Positions 16,746 to 26,903 of a stretch of DNA of 64,000 nt are shown piece by piece. The translations under genes and the position numbers were made by a program. The notes under the pieces were generated by a model that did not search any database, was not told the origin of the DNA, and saw nothing but the letters and a program-made list of their open reading frames with translations. Within the stretch, counting starts at the first letter, position 1. Each line of letters starts with the position of its first letter. The DNA is from a virus, in the IMG/VR virus record IMGVR_UViG_3300043803_000951, positions 4,473-68,472 of that record; one strand, written 5' to 3'.

Positions 16746-18199
16746 AGGATCATTACCGTCGGCTTGGGCTTGCTGGCTCCGGGGACGCGCTTGTTCAGCT
16801 CGCTCGGGACAGCGCAGGAAAGCATGTAGGTCAGCGCGTCGAAAATGTGCTTGTGTTCGGAGTGGGGGTCAATCGCATTAGTGCCAGTTCCGGGCCGTAT
16901 CTGCTCCAGCATCGACTGGACGCGCTGGCAGTTTGACCCCACAAAGATGCGCTGCTCGAACAGGAGCCGGTGGAGGAGGTCCCGCCGGGCTGCAACGGAG
17001 TGGCGTCCCTTGCGGACGGGCAGCAGCCGAATCTTCCCCTCGGAATACTTCTCGATCAGCATGGCTTCCGTGCCGTTGATGGTCATCGACTGGTTCATGG
17101 ACGACGTGTCCGACCAATGCTGCCAGAGGACCGGGGCTTTCCCGTGGCAGGCTGACCGCCTTTCCTCCCAATACCCCATCTTCTCCAGCACTACCTCCGT
17201 GAAGTTGCTGAGCCCCCGCTTGGTTTCCTGAAGCCACACCTGCTCGTCGATGATGTCGAAGGCAATCTCCCCGTCCACCGACCGTGGAACCCCCATCACC
17301 CAGGCGGTGTTGAGGTTGCCGATGTCCCAGCCCGTGTGGAATACGTGGGATTCCCGGGGTGGGTCAATCAGCTCCCATTCCATCTTGTCCCGCTCCGAGG
17401 TGAGCGTGGGGACGATGTGGGTTTCCTCTCGATACACATCCTCGAACGTAGTTCCTTCCGTGACGAAATCCACCCACTCCCCGTAGTAGTAGCGGGCCAG
17501 CTTGTTCTGGTCGTTCGCGTAGGTGTCGTGGATTTCCTGCTTCTCCTCGGCCGTCAGGAAGGCGTTGTCGTCAATCGTCCAGTGGATGCGGTCGTGGTCC
17601 TTGATCTTGTTCTCGATGAACCGCTTGTAAATCCAGTGACGCTTTCCCTCTTGGGCTGGGTTGGTATCCAGCAGGAATTGCTGGCGTTCCCGGGGAACCA
17701 CCATCGACCGCAAGCACTGGCTGATGGTGGCGAATACGTTCTCGTCCTTGAAGTTGTCCGCTTCGACAAGATTCGCCAGCGAGAATTTCACACCCTTCAG
17801 CTTCTGCTCCACCTCATGGTCATGCTCCAGCGAATGAAGCTGGACCTCTGATTCCCCGCCGTAGTAGTTACGGACGCGGAAGTAGCACATCTTGGTTGTG
17901 GCCGAGATGGATGGCTCCTTGCTGATCTTCAGGCCGGCATATTTTGCCCATGCGTAGAGCCGTCCAGACCCTGTGTTTACCAAGTCACCCCATACACCAA
18001 GCTCACCGTTACGCAGGGTGCGGGCTATGATTCCAACAACAGCCCCGTCATTTTCCCAAGCGTGGCGGATGATCTTGTCCGCAACAGCAATAGTCTTTCC
18101 CACACGACGCGGGCCATCAATTAGCAAGAACCGGCTGTAATTGTTCAGAACATCAACCCCCTTTGGGTTCATTGGAGGAAGATTGAATTCGTCAGGCAT
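16742..18199 (-). CDS. terL: Terminase large subunit
   Basis: Walker A GPRRVGKT, Walker B NLVEAD, coupling motif LDTNP, nuclease GWDIG and HIFDALTY. Confidence 0.9.
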   Translation of the reverse strand: MPDEFNLPPMNPKGVDVLNNYSRFLLIDGPRRVGKTIAVADKIIRHAWENDGAVVGIIARTLRNGELGVWGDLVNTGSGRLYAWAKYAGLKISKEPSISATTKMCYFRVRNYYGGESEVQLHSLEHDHEVEQKLKGVKFSLANLVEADNFKDENVFATISQCLRSMVVPRERQQFLLDTNPAQEGKRHWIYKRFIENKIKDHDRIHWTIDDNAFLTAEEKQEIHDTYANDQNKLARYYYGEWVDFVTEGTTFEDVYREETHIVPTLTSERDKMEWELIDPPRESHVFHTGWDIGNLNTAWVMGVPRSVDGEIAFDIIDEQVWLQETKRGLSNFTEVVLEKMGYWEERRSACHGKAPVLWQHWSDTSSMNQSMTINGTEAMLIEKYSEGKIRLLPVRKGRHSVAARRDLLHRLLFEQRIFVGSNCQRVQSMLEQIRPGTGTNAIDPHSEHKHIFDALTYMLSCAVPSELNKRVPGASKPKPTVMIL

Positions 18200-18204
18200 T
18201 GTCG

Positions 18205-18717
18205 TTAGGCTTCACAAGCCGCTGTAGTTGTTTTTCGACTGATGTGCGATGCGAACTCGCCGTGGTGAATGACCTCTGCGGCTATTCTGGCGGCGGATGC
18301 TTCTTCTTTGGAACCGAAGAACCCTAGGTGTATATTCTTGCTGTTGATCCCGATTTGAGCTTGGTATTTCTTGAGCGCCCTACTCCAGCTAACGCCCAAA
18401 ATACCAGTCGTTGAGTTGCGCTTCCCGAGGGTATTTCGCCCGTTCTCGGATACGGATGCCTCGCGAAGATTTTCAATCCTATTGTCAGACGAATCCCCAT
18501 TGATATGGTCTATGCACTTGGATGGAAAACGTCCATTCACTATCGCAAACGCAACCCGATGGATGAGCATATTCCTACCCAGGACACGAACCACCAAGTG
18601 GCCCCATGGACTCACCACCGACCCAGCTACAGCCTTCCCGTTCTTTCTCCGCCTCAGAATGCCAGTGTCAGGGTTGTAATCAAAAACCTCCCGCAGTATT
18701 TCTGGAGTAATTTCCAT
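18205..18717 (-). CDS. HNH-AP2 homing endonuclease
   Basis: DYNPDTG...IHRVAF...IDHINGDSSDNRIENLR...GVSW...YQAQI...HLGFF...EEA. Confidence 0.9.
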   Translation of the reverse strand: MEITPEILREVFDYNPDTGILRRRKNGKAVAGSVVSPWGHLVVRVLGRNMLIHRVAFAIVNGRFPSKCIDHINGDSSDNRIENLREASVSENGRNTLGKRNSTTGILGVSWSRALKKYQAQIGINSKNIHLGFFGSKEEASAARIAAEVIHHGEFASHISRKTTTAACEA

Positions 18718-18721
18718 GTGA

Positions 18722-18845
18722 ACAAAAAGCAGCCCTCACGAAGCCCTGGAGGTGCATACGCACTAAGCGTAATCAGGGCCACGGAGGGCAAAATTTGCTT
18801 GTCTAAACACAGGCCCAGAAAGCACCACACCTCCAGACCCAACGA
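18722..18845 (-). promoter_or_regulatory. Attenuator-like structured leader of the HNH-terL operon
   Basis: Stem 18732-18789 with U tract just before ATG; CTGGAGGTG/CACCTCCAG complementary pair. Confidence 0.5.
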
Positions 18846-18956
18846 CCGCAGCTTGACGCTAAATTCCACAGATGCAAGGCTGGAGCTGCTGGATTTGCTG
18901 CGACAACATCTTGTCTGGACTTTGCAAACTGACGGATGCAGCCTTCCACCCCAGAT

Positions 18957-19250
18957 ATGAAGGATTTAGGCGAATCTTACGAAAAGACGGTTCCCATGCC
19001 GGAACCTTCTACGGACAATTCAAAGAAGAAGACCTACCCCAAGCTGTGCTTGCGCGACAAGACGCTGGCGGCGGTATTCGGCAAGGACTTGCCCAAGGTC
19101 GGAACCGAGATCGAGGGCGAAATCATGCTGAAGGTCACCGGCATCCGGGACGACGAATACGGCAAGAGCGTGGATTTCGACGTGGTTTCCATGGAGTTGG
19201 AGGGAGCTGAATCGGAGGAGGATTCCGAGGAAGATGGCCAAGAATCATAA
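18957..19250 (+). CDS. Small acidic hypothetical protein
   Basis: Codon usage like structural genes; upstream of portal. Confidence 0.6.
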   Translation: MKDLGESYEKTVPMPEPSTDNSKKKTYPKLCLRDKTLAAVFGKDLPKVGTEIEGEIMLKVTGIRDDEYGKSVDFDVVSMELEGAESEEDSEEDGQES

Positions 19251-19502
19251 GATTCTGGTCCAGACCTCCAAGGATGGGTCGCTTGCCATCGGCATCCACG
19301 CATCCAAGTTGGTTCCTAAACGGGTAGCGAACAAGCTGGTATGGTCGCTTGCAGCCATCAACGAATTAGCGGGGTTCCTGATCGAACCAGTTCCGGGCGT
19401 CATAATCCGCCCGCGCATTGTTGTCCGTATCGAGGGGCGAGCCTCGCGGCAGGCAATGGAAGCCTACGCAATCCACCTCGCACGTAACCGCAAGCTGTCC
19501 CT

Positions 19503-21968
19503 ATGCTCGATCTCAAAGAACTTGAAAAGAAGGGTTATTCAGAAGAGGCCCTCAAGACCATCTTCCAAAAGGATACCCATGTCCTGAAGAAGTCCCACCC
19601 GAAGGTGGCCGAGCTGATTGATCTCCACGTCAGCCGCATCGACGACGGGGTTCTCCGCTCCCTCCAGCGGTCCCGGGAGTTCTGGGCCATCGACAAGGCT
19701 TACGATGTCAGCCAGGACCAGATTCCCTACACGTTGGTCAAGGGCCTCATCAGCAAGAACGTCGGCCCCGAGGAGCTGCTGAATGTCGCCAAGGACTGGG
19801 GGCTGGACCACATGCTCACCGGCAAGGCGGACGCCAACGGGAATCCGATTGGCTGTGACGGGAAGCGGTGCGACAAGGCGGCCCAAGCCTACGAGCTCCA
19901 TCTCCCCACCTTCTTCACCATCTACGTGCCGTTGGTGATGGCCTACCACAAAGCCCGGTGGGCCAAGCTGTTCAATGATCGCAACGTGGACCCGCTCTAC
20001 AAGCTGGAGCCCACGATGCTGTCGATGAAGCGGAAGCTGCAAACCCGCATCATCACCTCCCGAATTCGGCGGATGACGCAGGACATGGGCTACCAAGCCT
20101 ACGAGCGGGATTCCATCCACAACAGCCTCCTCTACGGCGTGTGCATGAACTTCGCCGAGGACTCCTGGTTCTCTGAAAAGCACGTCTTTAACGGTAAAGA
20201 AACAGTAACCAAGTCGGGCATCCCGTTCACCATCCCCCACCCGGGCCGGACTTTCTGGGACCTGACCAAGCCGCTCCATACCCTCAACACCGATTCGGGT
20301 GTCAGCTATGCCGGATACTGGACCATCCAGCGTCTGATAGATGTCAATGCCGAGCCGGCCTACTGGAACAAAGAGAAGATCGAGATTGGCTCGAACTCCA
20401 AGTGGCGCTCCTCCGGGCTCTTCCAGCTCTATCAGGAGCTTTACCCCTGTGCGGCCAAGTTCCCGGACAAGCTGATCGGGCCTCAGAACGACCGAATCCA
20501 GGAAGCCTTCCGCTACAACTACTCGTCCGACAAGGATTCCGCCATCGACGTGACGGTGATGTTCCACCGCATCATCCCGAAGGATTGGGGCCTGTATGAC
20601 TACGACCGCCCGGTGTGGCATCGCTTCGTCTACGCCGGCTGCAAGGTCATCCACGTCAAGCCGTTCCCATATTGCCCGGCCAACGTCTACCAATACGACG
20701 CTGACGGGAACCGGGGCCGGGTCACCGGCATCGGCCTTGAGCTGCTTCCGTATCAGGACCACATGGGCAACCTGTTGTCCCAATACCTGCTGTCGGTGAA
20801 GAAGAACCTGACCCGCATCGTCGCCTACGATCAGGACATCCTCTCCAAGGACACCATCGACACCATCCGCAACGACGCGGAGAACGCCCTGCGTGGCATC
20901 CAGTTCGTCCCCTACGACGCCCGGGAGCTTCGCAACATGGGCAAGGGCGGGGTCGGTGAGGCCCTCACTCCCCTTCCGCTCCAGCCCCAGTCAACCCAGG
21001 AAGTCCTGAACGCCGTGACAGCCCTGCTGTCGATGGTGGAACGGGCGCTCGGGTTTTCCCCGCAGGAAATCGGAGCCTCAGCTTCCCATCAACAGTCCGC
21101 CACGGAGGTCATCACGATCTCCAACAACACCTCCCAACGCCTCCAGCTCACCGGCTCCTATATCGACGAGGCGATGGCAGCCCGGGCGAAGATGCTATAC
21201 GAGGCGATGCTGGCCTACGATTCCGACGAGGTGCTGGCAGAAGTAGCCGACCTCACTGAAGATGGGGCGAAGATTCTCAAGGAGATGGGCTTTGAGCTGG
21301 AAGAGGACGGAACCCACTCGGTTGGTGTCCGCGGTCCCAAGTCCGCCCTCATCCTTGAAGGCATCGGCATGTTTAAGGACCCGTCCGGCCGCATCAACGA
21401 GCCAAAGGTGGCTGAGCTGATGACAACCTTCTTCGACCGGATGCTGAGCAACCAAGCCATCGTCCAGACCGTCGGCGTGAAGTTCCTGTTCGACCGGTTC
21501 AACGACATCACCCAATGGTTCCAGCTCCCGGTGGACTTCCGCCTCCCGAGCAACTTCAAGGACCCGAACGCCGCCGAGAACCAGCAGCAGGCCCAGGAAG
21601 CCCAAGCCCAACAGCAGCAAGCCGCTATGCAGGCAATGCAGCAGATCGCCGCCGAGGTCAGCCAGCAGGTGGTGGGTCAGGCCCTCCAACAGGCTGGCCA
21701 GCAGATTCAGGAAGCTGTGGCTGTCCCGCTGGCTGAGAAGCAGGCCCAGCTTGAACAGGCCCTCATGGGCATCATGCAGCAAGTCCAGCCCACCCAGCAG
21801 GCCCTTGCCCAGATTGCCCAGCAGATGCAGGTGGACCAGCAAGCCAACCAGCAAGCCATCACGCAGGTTGCCGGCGTCACAGCTTCCCAGCAGGGGCAGA
21901 TTGACCAGATTGCCGGGGTGCTTAAGGGGATTGACCAGACGATTACCGGGCAAGCCCCGATGCAATGA
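19503..21968 (+). CDS. Portal protein with Q/A-rich coiled-coil C-terminus
   Basis: 821 aa, between terL and scaffold; QQSATEV motif and Gln-rich tail as in P22-like portals. Confidence 0.8.
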   Translation: MLDLKELEKKGYSEEALKTIFQKDTHVLKKSHPKVAELIDLHVSRIDDGVLRSLQRSREFWAIDKAYDVSQDQIPYTLVKGLISKNVGPEELLNVAKDWGLDHMLTGKADANGNPIGCDGKRCDKAAQAYELHLPTFFTIYVPLVMAYHKARWAKLFNDRNVDPLYKLEPTMLSMKRKLQTRIITSRIRRMTQDMGYQAYERDSIHNSLLYGVCMNFAEDSWFSEKHVFNGKETVTKSGIPFTIPHPGRTFWDLTKPLHTLNTDSGVSYAGYWTIQRLIDVNAEPAYWNKEKIEIGSNSKWRSSGLFQLYQELYPCAAKFPDKLIGPQNDRIQEAFRYNYSSDKDSAIDVTVMFHRIIPKDWGLYDYDRPVWHRFVYAGCKVIHVKPFPYCPANVYQYDADGNRGRVTGIGLELLPYQDHMGNLLSQYLLSVKKNLTRIVAYDQDILSKDTIDTIRNDAENALRGIQFVPYDARELRNMGKGGVGEALTPLPLQPQSTQEVLNAVTALLSMVERALGFSPQEIGASASHQQSATEVITISNNTSQRLQLTGSYIDEAMAARAKMLYEAMLAYDSDEVLAEVADLTEDGAKILKEMGFELEEDGTHSVGVRGPKSALILEGIGMFKDPSGRINEPKVAELMTTFFDRMLSNQAIVQTVGVKFLFDRFNDITQWFQLPVDFRLPSNFKDPNAAENQQQAQEAQAQQQQAAMQAMQQIAAEVSQQVVGQALQQAGQQIQEAVAVPLAEKQAQLEQALMGIMQQVQPTQQALAQIAQQMQVDQQANQQAITQVAGVTASQQGQIDQIAGVLKGIDQTITGQAPMQ

Positions 21969-22270
21969 TAACCGTCAAGAAGCGGGAGCTTACAAGGTCC
22001 TCAACCGACCCCATCCAGATGTGGTTGGCGGAGGACGCAGCCTTCAAGTTCCGGGCAGTCCTCGCGGGCAGGATAGCAGAGCTGGAAGCTGAGTTCGTAA
22101 ACGAGTCCATGAGATGGTCCACGAAGCTCGTTTCCGGTGAGGTTCCCCAGAGCGCCCAAAGTAAATTGAGCCTTGCAACTCGCTATCAGATAGCCCTAGA
22201 TGTCCTCAACGAAATGGGCCAAGCAGACGCGCCCATGAGCCATGTAACGCTGGAATTGCCGTATGCCTGA
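21965..22270 (+). CDS. Small head-module protein
   Basis: Between portal and scaffold, coupled to both. Confidence 0.65.
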   Translation: MITVKKRELTRSSTDPIQMWLAEDAAFKFRAVLAGRIAELEAEFVNESMRWSTKLVSGEVPQSAQSKLSLATRYQIALDVLNEMGQADAPMSHVTLELPYA

Positions 22271-23669
22271 TCCTATCGAAGCCGCAGCCGAATCAAAGAT
22301 CGCCACTACCCCGCCCGCCGAGGAAAAACCAAAGGTCCGGGAGACACGCGAGGAGGCCGCCGGGAAAGCCGTGAACGCAGCACGGTCCCTGTTCAGCCGG
22401 ATGAACAACGCCCCCGAGGAGAAGAAGGAAGACGATAAGCCCGTCGAGCCCAAGGCTGAAAAGAAAGCCGAGGCGCCCAAGGCTGAGAAGAAGGAACAGC
22501 CACCCGAGGAAGAGAAGGTGGTCAAGCGCAAGGCCAAGAAGGAGACGAAGGAAGATTTGGTGGATGCCCTTGCTGAGGCCCAGAAGCCCCTTGTAGAGGC
22601 CATCCGAAAGCAATCCGAGAAGGCAGCCCCGGAGAAGCCCGAGGCCGCCAAGCCCCAGCTCAGCAAGTCCGACGAGAAGATGGTCGCCCGGCTCAAGAAG
22701 CTGGAGGAGATCAATCCCAACTACAAGGAGGCGTCCAAGGCATTCCTGGACTTCAAGGAGAAGGAACGCGCCTACCAAGCCGAGTGGGAGAAGCGCAACC
22801 CGGACAGCGAGTTCGAGCCGGATGACGATTCCCATTCCCGTTTCTACGAGAAGAACGAGCCGCAGGTGGACGAGGAGGATTTCGAGGAAGCCAAGGAAGC
22901 CCTTATCCGCGAGCAGGCCGAGAAATCCGTCGAGGAGCGTGTCCGTAAGGAGCTTGAGCCCGTCCGGCGCAAGCAGCAGGAGGACACCGCCAAGGCATCC
23001 GCAGCCCCGAAGATCGAGAAGACATTGGTGGAAATTGGTCGCAATGCCGCCGCCGCCATCGACCCTGAATTCGCCAAGCTCAAGGACCTGAGCAAGTTGG
23101 CCGAGGAAGACCCCATTGCCGCGGAGATTCTCACGGAGTCCGCAAATCGCTGGTTCCCGCTGGCTCAAGGCGCATCTCTGCTCTACTCCGGCCATCCAGC
23201 CGATGCCTCCAACCCAGTGTTCCAAGCTGTTGGCGAGCTGGTCAGCAGCCTTGAGGAGCAGATTTCCTCCATGGATGCCGACGACCAAGTGCGCGACGGC
23301 AAGCGGTTCGCCACCATCTCCGCCTATTCCAAGATGGACGACCGCCAGCGTGCCCGCCACTGGTATATCGGTGAGAACGAAGTCGTCGAGTTTGTCAACA
23401 AACGGATGGCTTATGAGGCCAAGGAAACCTACGCCGCCGAGGTAAAACGGGCCGATGCACTGGCCAAGCGCCGTGGGTATGTCCAGAATACGGCACCAAA
23501 TGCTTCCCGATCCACCACCCCAAAACAGGAGGGTAAGCCGCCCCAGCAGCCCTACGAGCAGCGTTCCGTCCGGGTGGGTGGCTCAGGCGCACCCCCACCA
23601 GCCCCGTCCGCTGGGGAGTCCGAGGCGCTAAAAGGCAAGGGCGGCTTCGCAAAGAAGTTCGGCTGGTGA
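22263..23669 (+). CDS. Putative capsid scaffolding protein
   Basis: E/K/A/P-rich, helical, immediately upstream of capsid gene. Confidence 0.65.
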   Translation: MPDPIEAAAESKIATTPPAEEKPKVRETREEAAGKAVNAARSLFSRMNNAPEEKKEDDKPVEPKAEKKAEAPKAEKKEQPPEEEKVVKRKAKKETKEDLVDALAEAQKPLVEAIRKQSEKAAPEKPEAAKPQLSKSDEKMVARLKKLEEINPNYKEASKAFLDFKEKERAYQAEWEKRNPDSEFEPDDDSHSRFYEKNEPQVDEEDFEEAKEALIREQAEKSVEERVRKELEPVRRKQQEDTAKASAAPKIEKTLVEIGRNAAAAIDPEFAKLKDLSKLAEEDPIAAEILTESANRWFPLAQGASLLYSGHPADASNPVFQAVGELVSSLEEQISSMDADDQVRDGKRFATISAYSKMDDRQRARHWYIGENEVVEFVNKRMAYEAKETYAAEVKRADALAKRRGYVQNTAPNASRSTTPKQEGKPPQQPYEQRSVRVGGSGAPPPAPSAGESEALKGKGGFAKKFGW

Positions 23670-23697
23670 AAAGTGGGTCCTGTAACAAGGACCTACT

Positions 23698-25425
23698 ATG
23701 GCTGATTATTTCGAGAAGTGCTCTCCGCTGCTGCGGACCGATTACGATTCGTGCGGTGGCCTGACGCTGTGCAACGTCGCCCCCGTTTCGGATACCCAAC
23801 TGGACTCCATCTTCACGGACGGCGGTGGCCGCTTCCGTGGCATCGGCACCCTGCTAGAAGCCGACATGATGGGCAAGGCGTGTCAGGTTGAAGAGAATGC
23901 TCTCTACAACTTCATCATCGCCAACGTCGAGTCCTACCAGACCGCAGTGAAGGCGAACAAGCGCCTCAACTCCGGCATCACCGAGGTTGAACCGTTCCTG
24001 CGCGTCCGCCGCAAGGGCATCATCAACAACCTGTTCTGGTCCGTGAAGACCGCCACCAACGGCTCCGTGAGCGTCAATGGCACCACCGCCGATGCGTTCT
24101 TCGACCTCCAGTCCCAGACCTCCATCCCCTCGGATGTCGCCTGGTTCGCCGTGGGTGACGAAATCATGATCTCCGGCAAGTCCACCGCCGGCCTCGCTAC
24201 CCGCACCAACTGGCGCGTCGTATACTCGAAGATTCAGGGCGATTACGTCCGCGTGTATGTGAAGTCCCGCAATACCGGTTCGGCCCTCGCGTCCGGCAAG
24301 CTGGAGTTCCCCACCGCAGGCGTCGCCATCACGCTGGCCAACAACAGCTCGCCCTACGAGTCCCGCTGCAACAACCTGCCGCGCCTCAACACCACCAGCG
24401 ATTACCTCATCTGGCTCCAGAACAGCCGCTGGTCGATCTGCAACGACGAGCACACCCAGAAGTTCCGCAAGTATCTCCTGGAGAACAACCCGCTCTACCG
24501 GGAATACTACAACGTGGAAGAGGGCGAATACAACCGGCAGGTCCTCACCGACTTCCGGAACAAGCTCACCCACTCCTTCCTGTTCGGCAAGAAGGACGCT
24601 AACCAGACCGAATCCCTCTGGCCGAATCTGGAGCAGATCAACTCCGGCTCCGATCAGGTGTTCGGGGAATACATCTACCTCCCGGGAATCGAAGGCCGCT
24701 GCGTTGAGCGCCGCGCCTACTCTCAGGGTGTGTATGAGCAGTTGGCTGATTGCGGTCGCGTGCTGGACCTCCAGGGTGACATGATTAACTGGCCCGAACT
24801 TCAGGACTACATCTACACGATGTATCGTATCCGGAAGTCCAACGGCCTCCAGAGCAAGATCATCGAGATCGTCACGGATTCGGCGTTCCGGCAGTTGTTC
24901 GTCAAGGGCCTCTACCAGTATCTCCGTAGCCAATACGGCGGCGATCTGCGTGTCCAAGCGAACTTCCCGGCGTTCCCGAAGGCCGAGAAGACCCCGCTGG
25001 GCTTCCTGTTTACTGACTTCGAGCTGGATTACCCGGCCGGCGTCACGCTGCGTGTCGTCTCCCATGAGTCCTTCGACGACATCGTTAACGCCCACACCCG
25101 CGAGTCCGCTGCGCTGTCCAATTCTGGCCGGTGGTTGTGGATTCTGGCATGGGACACCATTGAAATGGGCGTCATTGACTCTCGCTACCGCGATCTGTCC
25201 AGCGGTGGGATTGAGGACCTTGCGCGCATAAATGGGGACTACTTTTGTAGGATGGATAATCCCGTGCGTTCCATCCGGCACTATTTGCTGAAGTGGACTA
25301 CAAATGTGTCATGCCCAGCAGCTTCGCTGATCCTGGAGAACTTTGCGTTCCAGACCCCGGAAAGCGAGTTCAAGGTTGGTTCTTATTCGGACGTGAAGGG
25401 TAACGACCCTAGCAACGACGCCTAA
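23698..25425 (+). CDS. Putative major capsid protein
   Basis: 575 aa, strongly biased codon usage, follows scaffold, followed by strong terminator; no sequence family recognised directly. Confidence 0.7.
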   Translation: MADYFEKCSPLLRTDYDSCGGLTLCNVAPVSDTQLDSIFTDGGGRFRGIGTLLEADMMGKACQVEENALYNFIIANVESYQTAVKANKRLNSGITEVEPFLRVRRKGIINNLFWSVKTATNGSVSVNGTTADAFFDLQSQTSIPSDVAWFAVGDEIMISGKSTAGLATRTNWRVVYSKIQGDYVRVYVKSRNTGSALASGKLEFPTAGVAITLANNSSPYESRCNNLPRLNTTSDYLIWLQNSRWSICNDEHTQKFRKYLLENNPLYREYYNVEEGEYNRQVLTDFRNKLTHSFLFGKKDANQTESLWPNLEQINSGSDQVFGEYIYLPGIEGRCVERRAYSQGVYEQLADCGRVLDLQGDMINWPELQDYIYTMYRIRKSNGLQSKIIEIVTDSAFRQLFVKGLYQYLRSQYGGDLRVQANFPAFPKAEKTPLGFLFTDFELDYPAGVTLRVVSHESFDDIVNAHTRESAALSNSGRWLWILAWDTIEMGVIDSRYRDLSSGGIEDLARINGDYFCRMDNPVRSIRHYLLKWTTNVSCPAASLILENFAFQTPESEFKVGSYSDVKGNDPSNDA

Positions 25426-25448
25426 GAATCTCAGCTAGACTGAGCGAC

Positions 25449-25476
25449 AGCCCTCGGCGAAAGCCGGGGGCTTTTT
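25449..25476 (+). terminator. Rho-independent terminator
   Basis: AGCCCTCGGC-GAAA-GCCGGGGGCT-TTTT. Confidence 0.85.
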
Positions 25477-25478
25477 GT

Positions 25479-26240
25479 TTGACTCCAAATGGGTTTCAGA
25501 ACAACGCTGCGCCAGTGGAATCTCAGTCTATTTTGGAAAGTAAATCAGCGAAGAAGGATTACAATAAGGCGTGGCTTGAAAAGGTTCGAGGAGACGAAAA
25601 GCTGAGGCTGGCATTGAAGTCCAAAAAGCAGTGGAACTACATCAAGCGAAGGATTGACGAAGACGGAGACGCAATCGGAGCTGACGAGTTCAGGACACCA
25701 GACGGACTCATTTACTACGCGGCCGGAATGTTGGTGCTCATTAAGGCGATTCGGGATCACAAGGAATTCATGCGGGAGCGCGACAAGTTGATTCGTAGGC
25801 GGAAATACGCGGAGCGGATTAAGAATCCTGAGTGGCTGGATCGTCGCAGGAAAAGAACCAACGCATACCAGAAGAAGATGCGGGCTGAGTCGGCGCATCA
25901 CAAGATCGCTGGAGTTCTTAGAATTAGGCTGTGCAATGTGGTTCGTTGCCACGGCGGCAAGAAGCTCACCTCCACAGTGGCCCTCCTCGGCTGCTCAATC
26001 GAGGACCTCAAACTCCACCTCGAATCCCAATTCAAACCCGGGATGACTTGGGAGAATTACGGCCGGAAGAAGGGAATCCAGTGCTGGGAGATAGACCACA
26101 TCCTCCCCTGCGCCTCGTTCGACCTGACCGACCCGGAGCAGCAGAAGCGATGCTTCAACTACACGAACCTCCAACCCCTGTGGGCGAAGGACAACCAATC
26201 CAAATCCTCGTCGCTCCCTGCGAATCCCGCTTGCCTATAA
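25479..26240 (+). CDS. HNH/endonuclease VII-like homing endonuclease (start uncertain)
   Basis: LLGCS...HLESQFKPGMTWENYG...WEIDHILPCASFDL...FNYTNLQPLW..DN..K; paralog of 8478-9098. Confidence 0.85.
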   Translation: MTPNGFQNNAAPVESQSILESKSAKKDYNKAWLEKVRGDEKLRLALKSKKQWNYIKRRIDEDGDAIGADEFRTPDGLIYYAAGMLVLIKAIRDHKEFMRERDKLIRRRKYAERIKNPEWLDRRRKRTNAYQKKMRAESAHHKIAGVLRIRLCNVVRCHGGKKLTSTVALLGCSIEDLKLHLESQFKPGMTWENYGRKKGIQCWEIDHILPCASFDLTDPEQQKRCFNYTNLQPLWAKDNQSKSSSLPANPACL

Positions 26241-26280
26241 CGATAAAGCGTAGGAGGCTTCCTGCCGGAGGTTCAACCCA

Positions 26281-26619
26281 ATGGCACTCGACATAGAAAA
26301 TCTAGGATCAACCGGAGTAGCGGTTGTTGAAACCCGTGTAGACAGGACCACTGTGGACCCGGCTGTGGATGGGATTCCAAATGTGACCCACCAGGCCACT
26401 ATCGGGCTTCAGGGCCTTGTGCTGCTGGGGACAGGAACCTTGCTCAAGGGGAACTATTGCAAGATTCGGGTCATCACGGCCGCAACCTTCAGCGTGGTTG
26501 TTGGCCACAAGCTGGACGGGACGTTCACCGGGGTTGCATTCCCTGTCGGCTTTGAGATCGAGGGCCACTTCACCCAGCTTGCCCTGAGCGGCGGGTCCGT
26601 TGTCGTTTACAAAGCCTGA
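26281..26619 (+). CDS. Hypothetical virion-associated protein
   Basis: GGAGG RBS; beta-rich composition. Confidence 0.6.
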   Translation: MALDIENLGSTGVAVVETRVDRTTVDPAVDGIPNVTHQATIGLQGLVLLGTGTLLKGNYCKIRVITAATFSVVVGHKLDGTFTGVAFPVGFEIEGHFTQLALSGGSVVVYKA

Positions 26620-26633
26620 TAACCCAAACCATT

Positions 26634-26903
26634 ATGGCTCCACAGAACCAGAATGATGCACTGGACTCCGCGATGAGGCGGCTGGACTCACTGCAATCGT
26701 GTCTCAACGGGATTCTGGCGGAGAACGTCCGAACTAACACGATCCTTGAGAAGGTTGTCCAGCCAAAGCTGGACTTGGTGGACAAGCATGAGGGATTCCT
26801 GAACAGGGCTTGGGGCTGGCTGGTGGGGCTTTCGGTTGGAAGCGGGATGATTGGGGCCAAGGCCGCCAAGACGTTTGGGCTGTTGGGGGACACACACAAA
26901 TGA
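26634..26903 (+). CDS. Coiled-coil protein with C-terminal membrane helix
   Basis: AWGWLVGLSVGSGMIGA hydrophobic segment. Confidence 0.6.
   Translation: MAPQNQNDALDSAMRRLDSLQSCLNGILAENVRTNTILEKVVQPKLDLVDKHEGFLNRAWGWLVGLSVGSGMIGAKAAKTFGLLGDTHK

Noticed and set aside
19234-19587. 117-aa ORF before portal
   Set aside because: Overlaps portal start by 85 bp with atypical codon usage; uncertain
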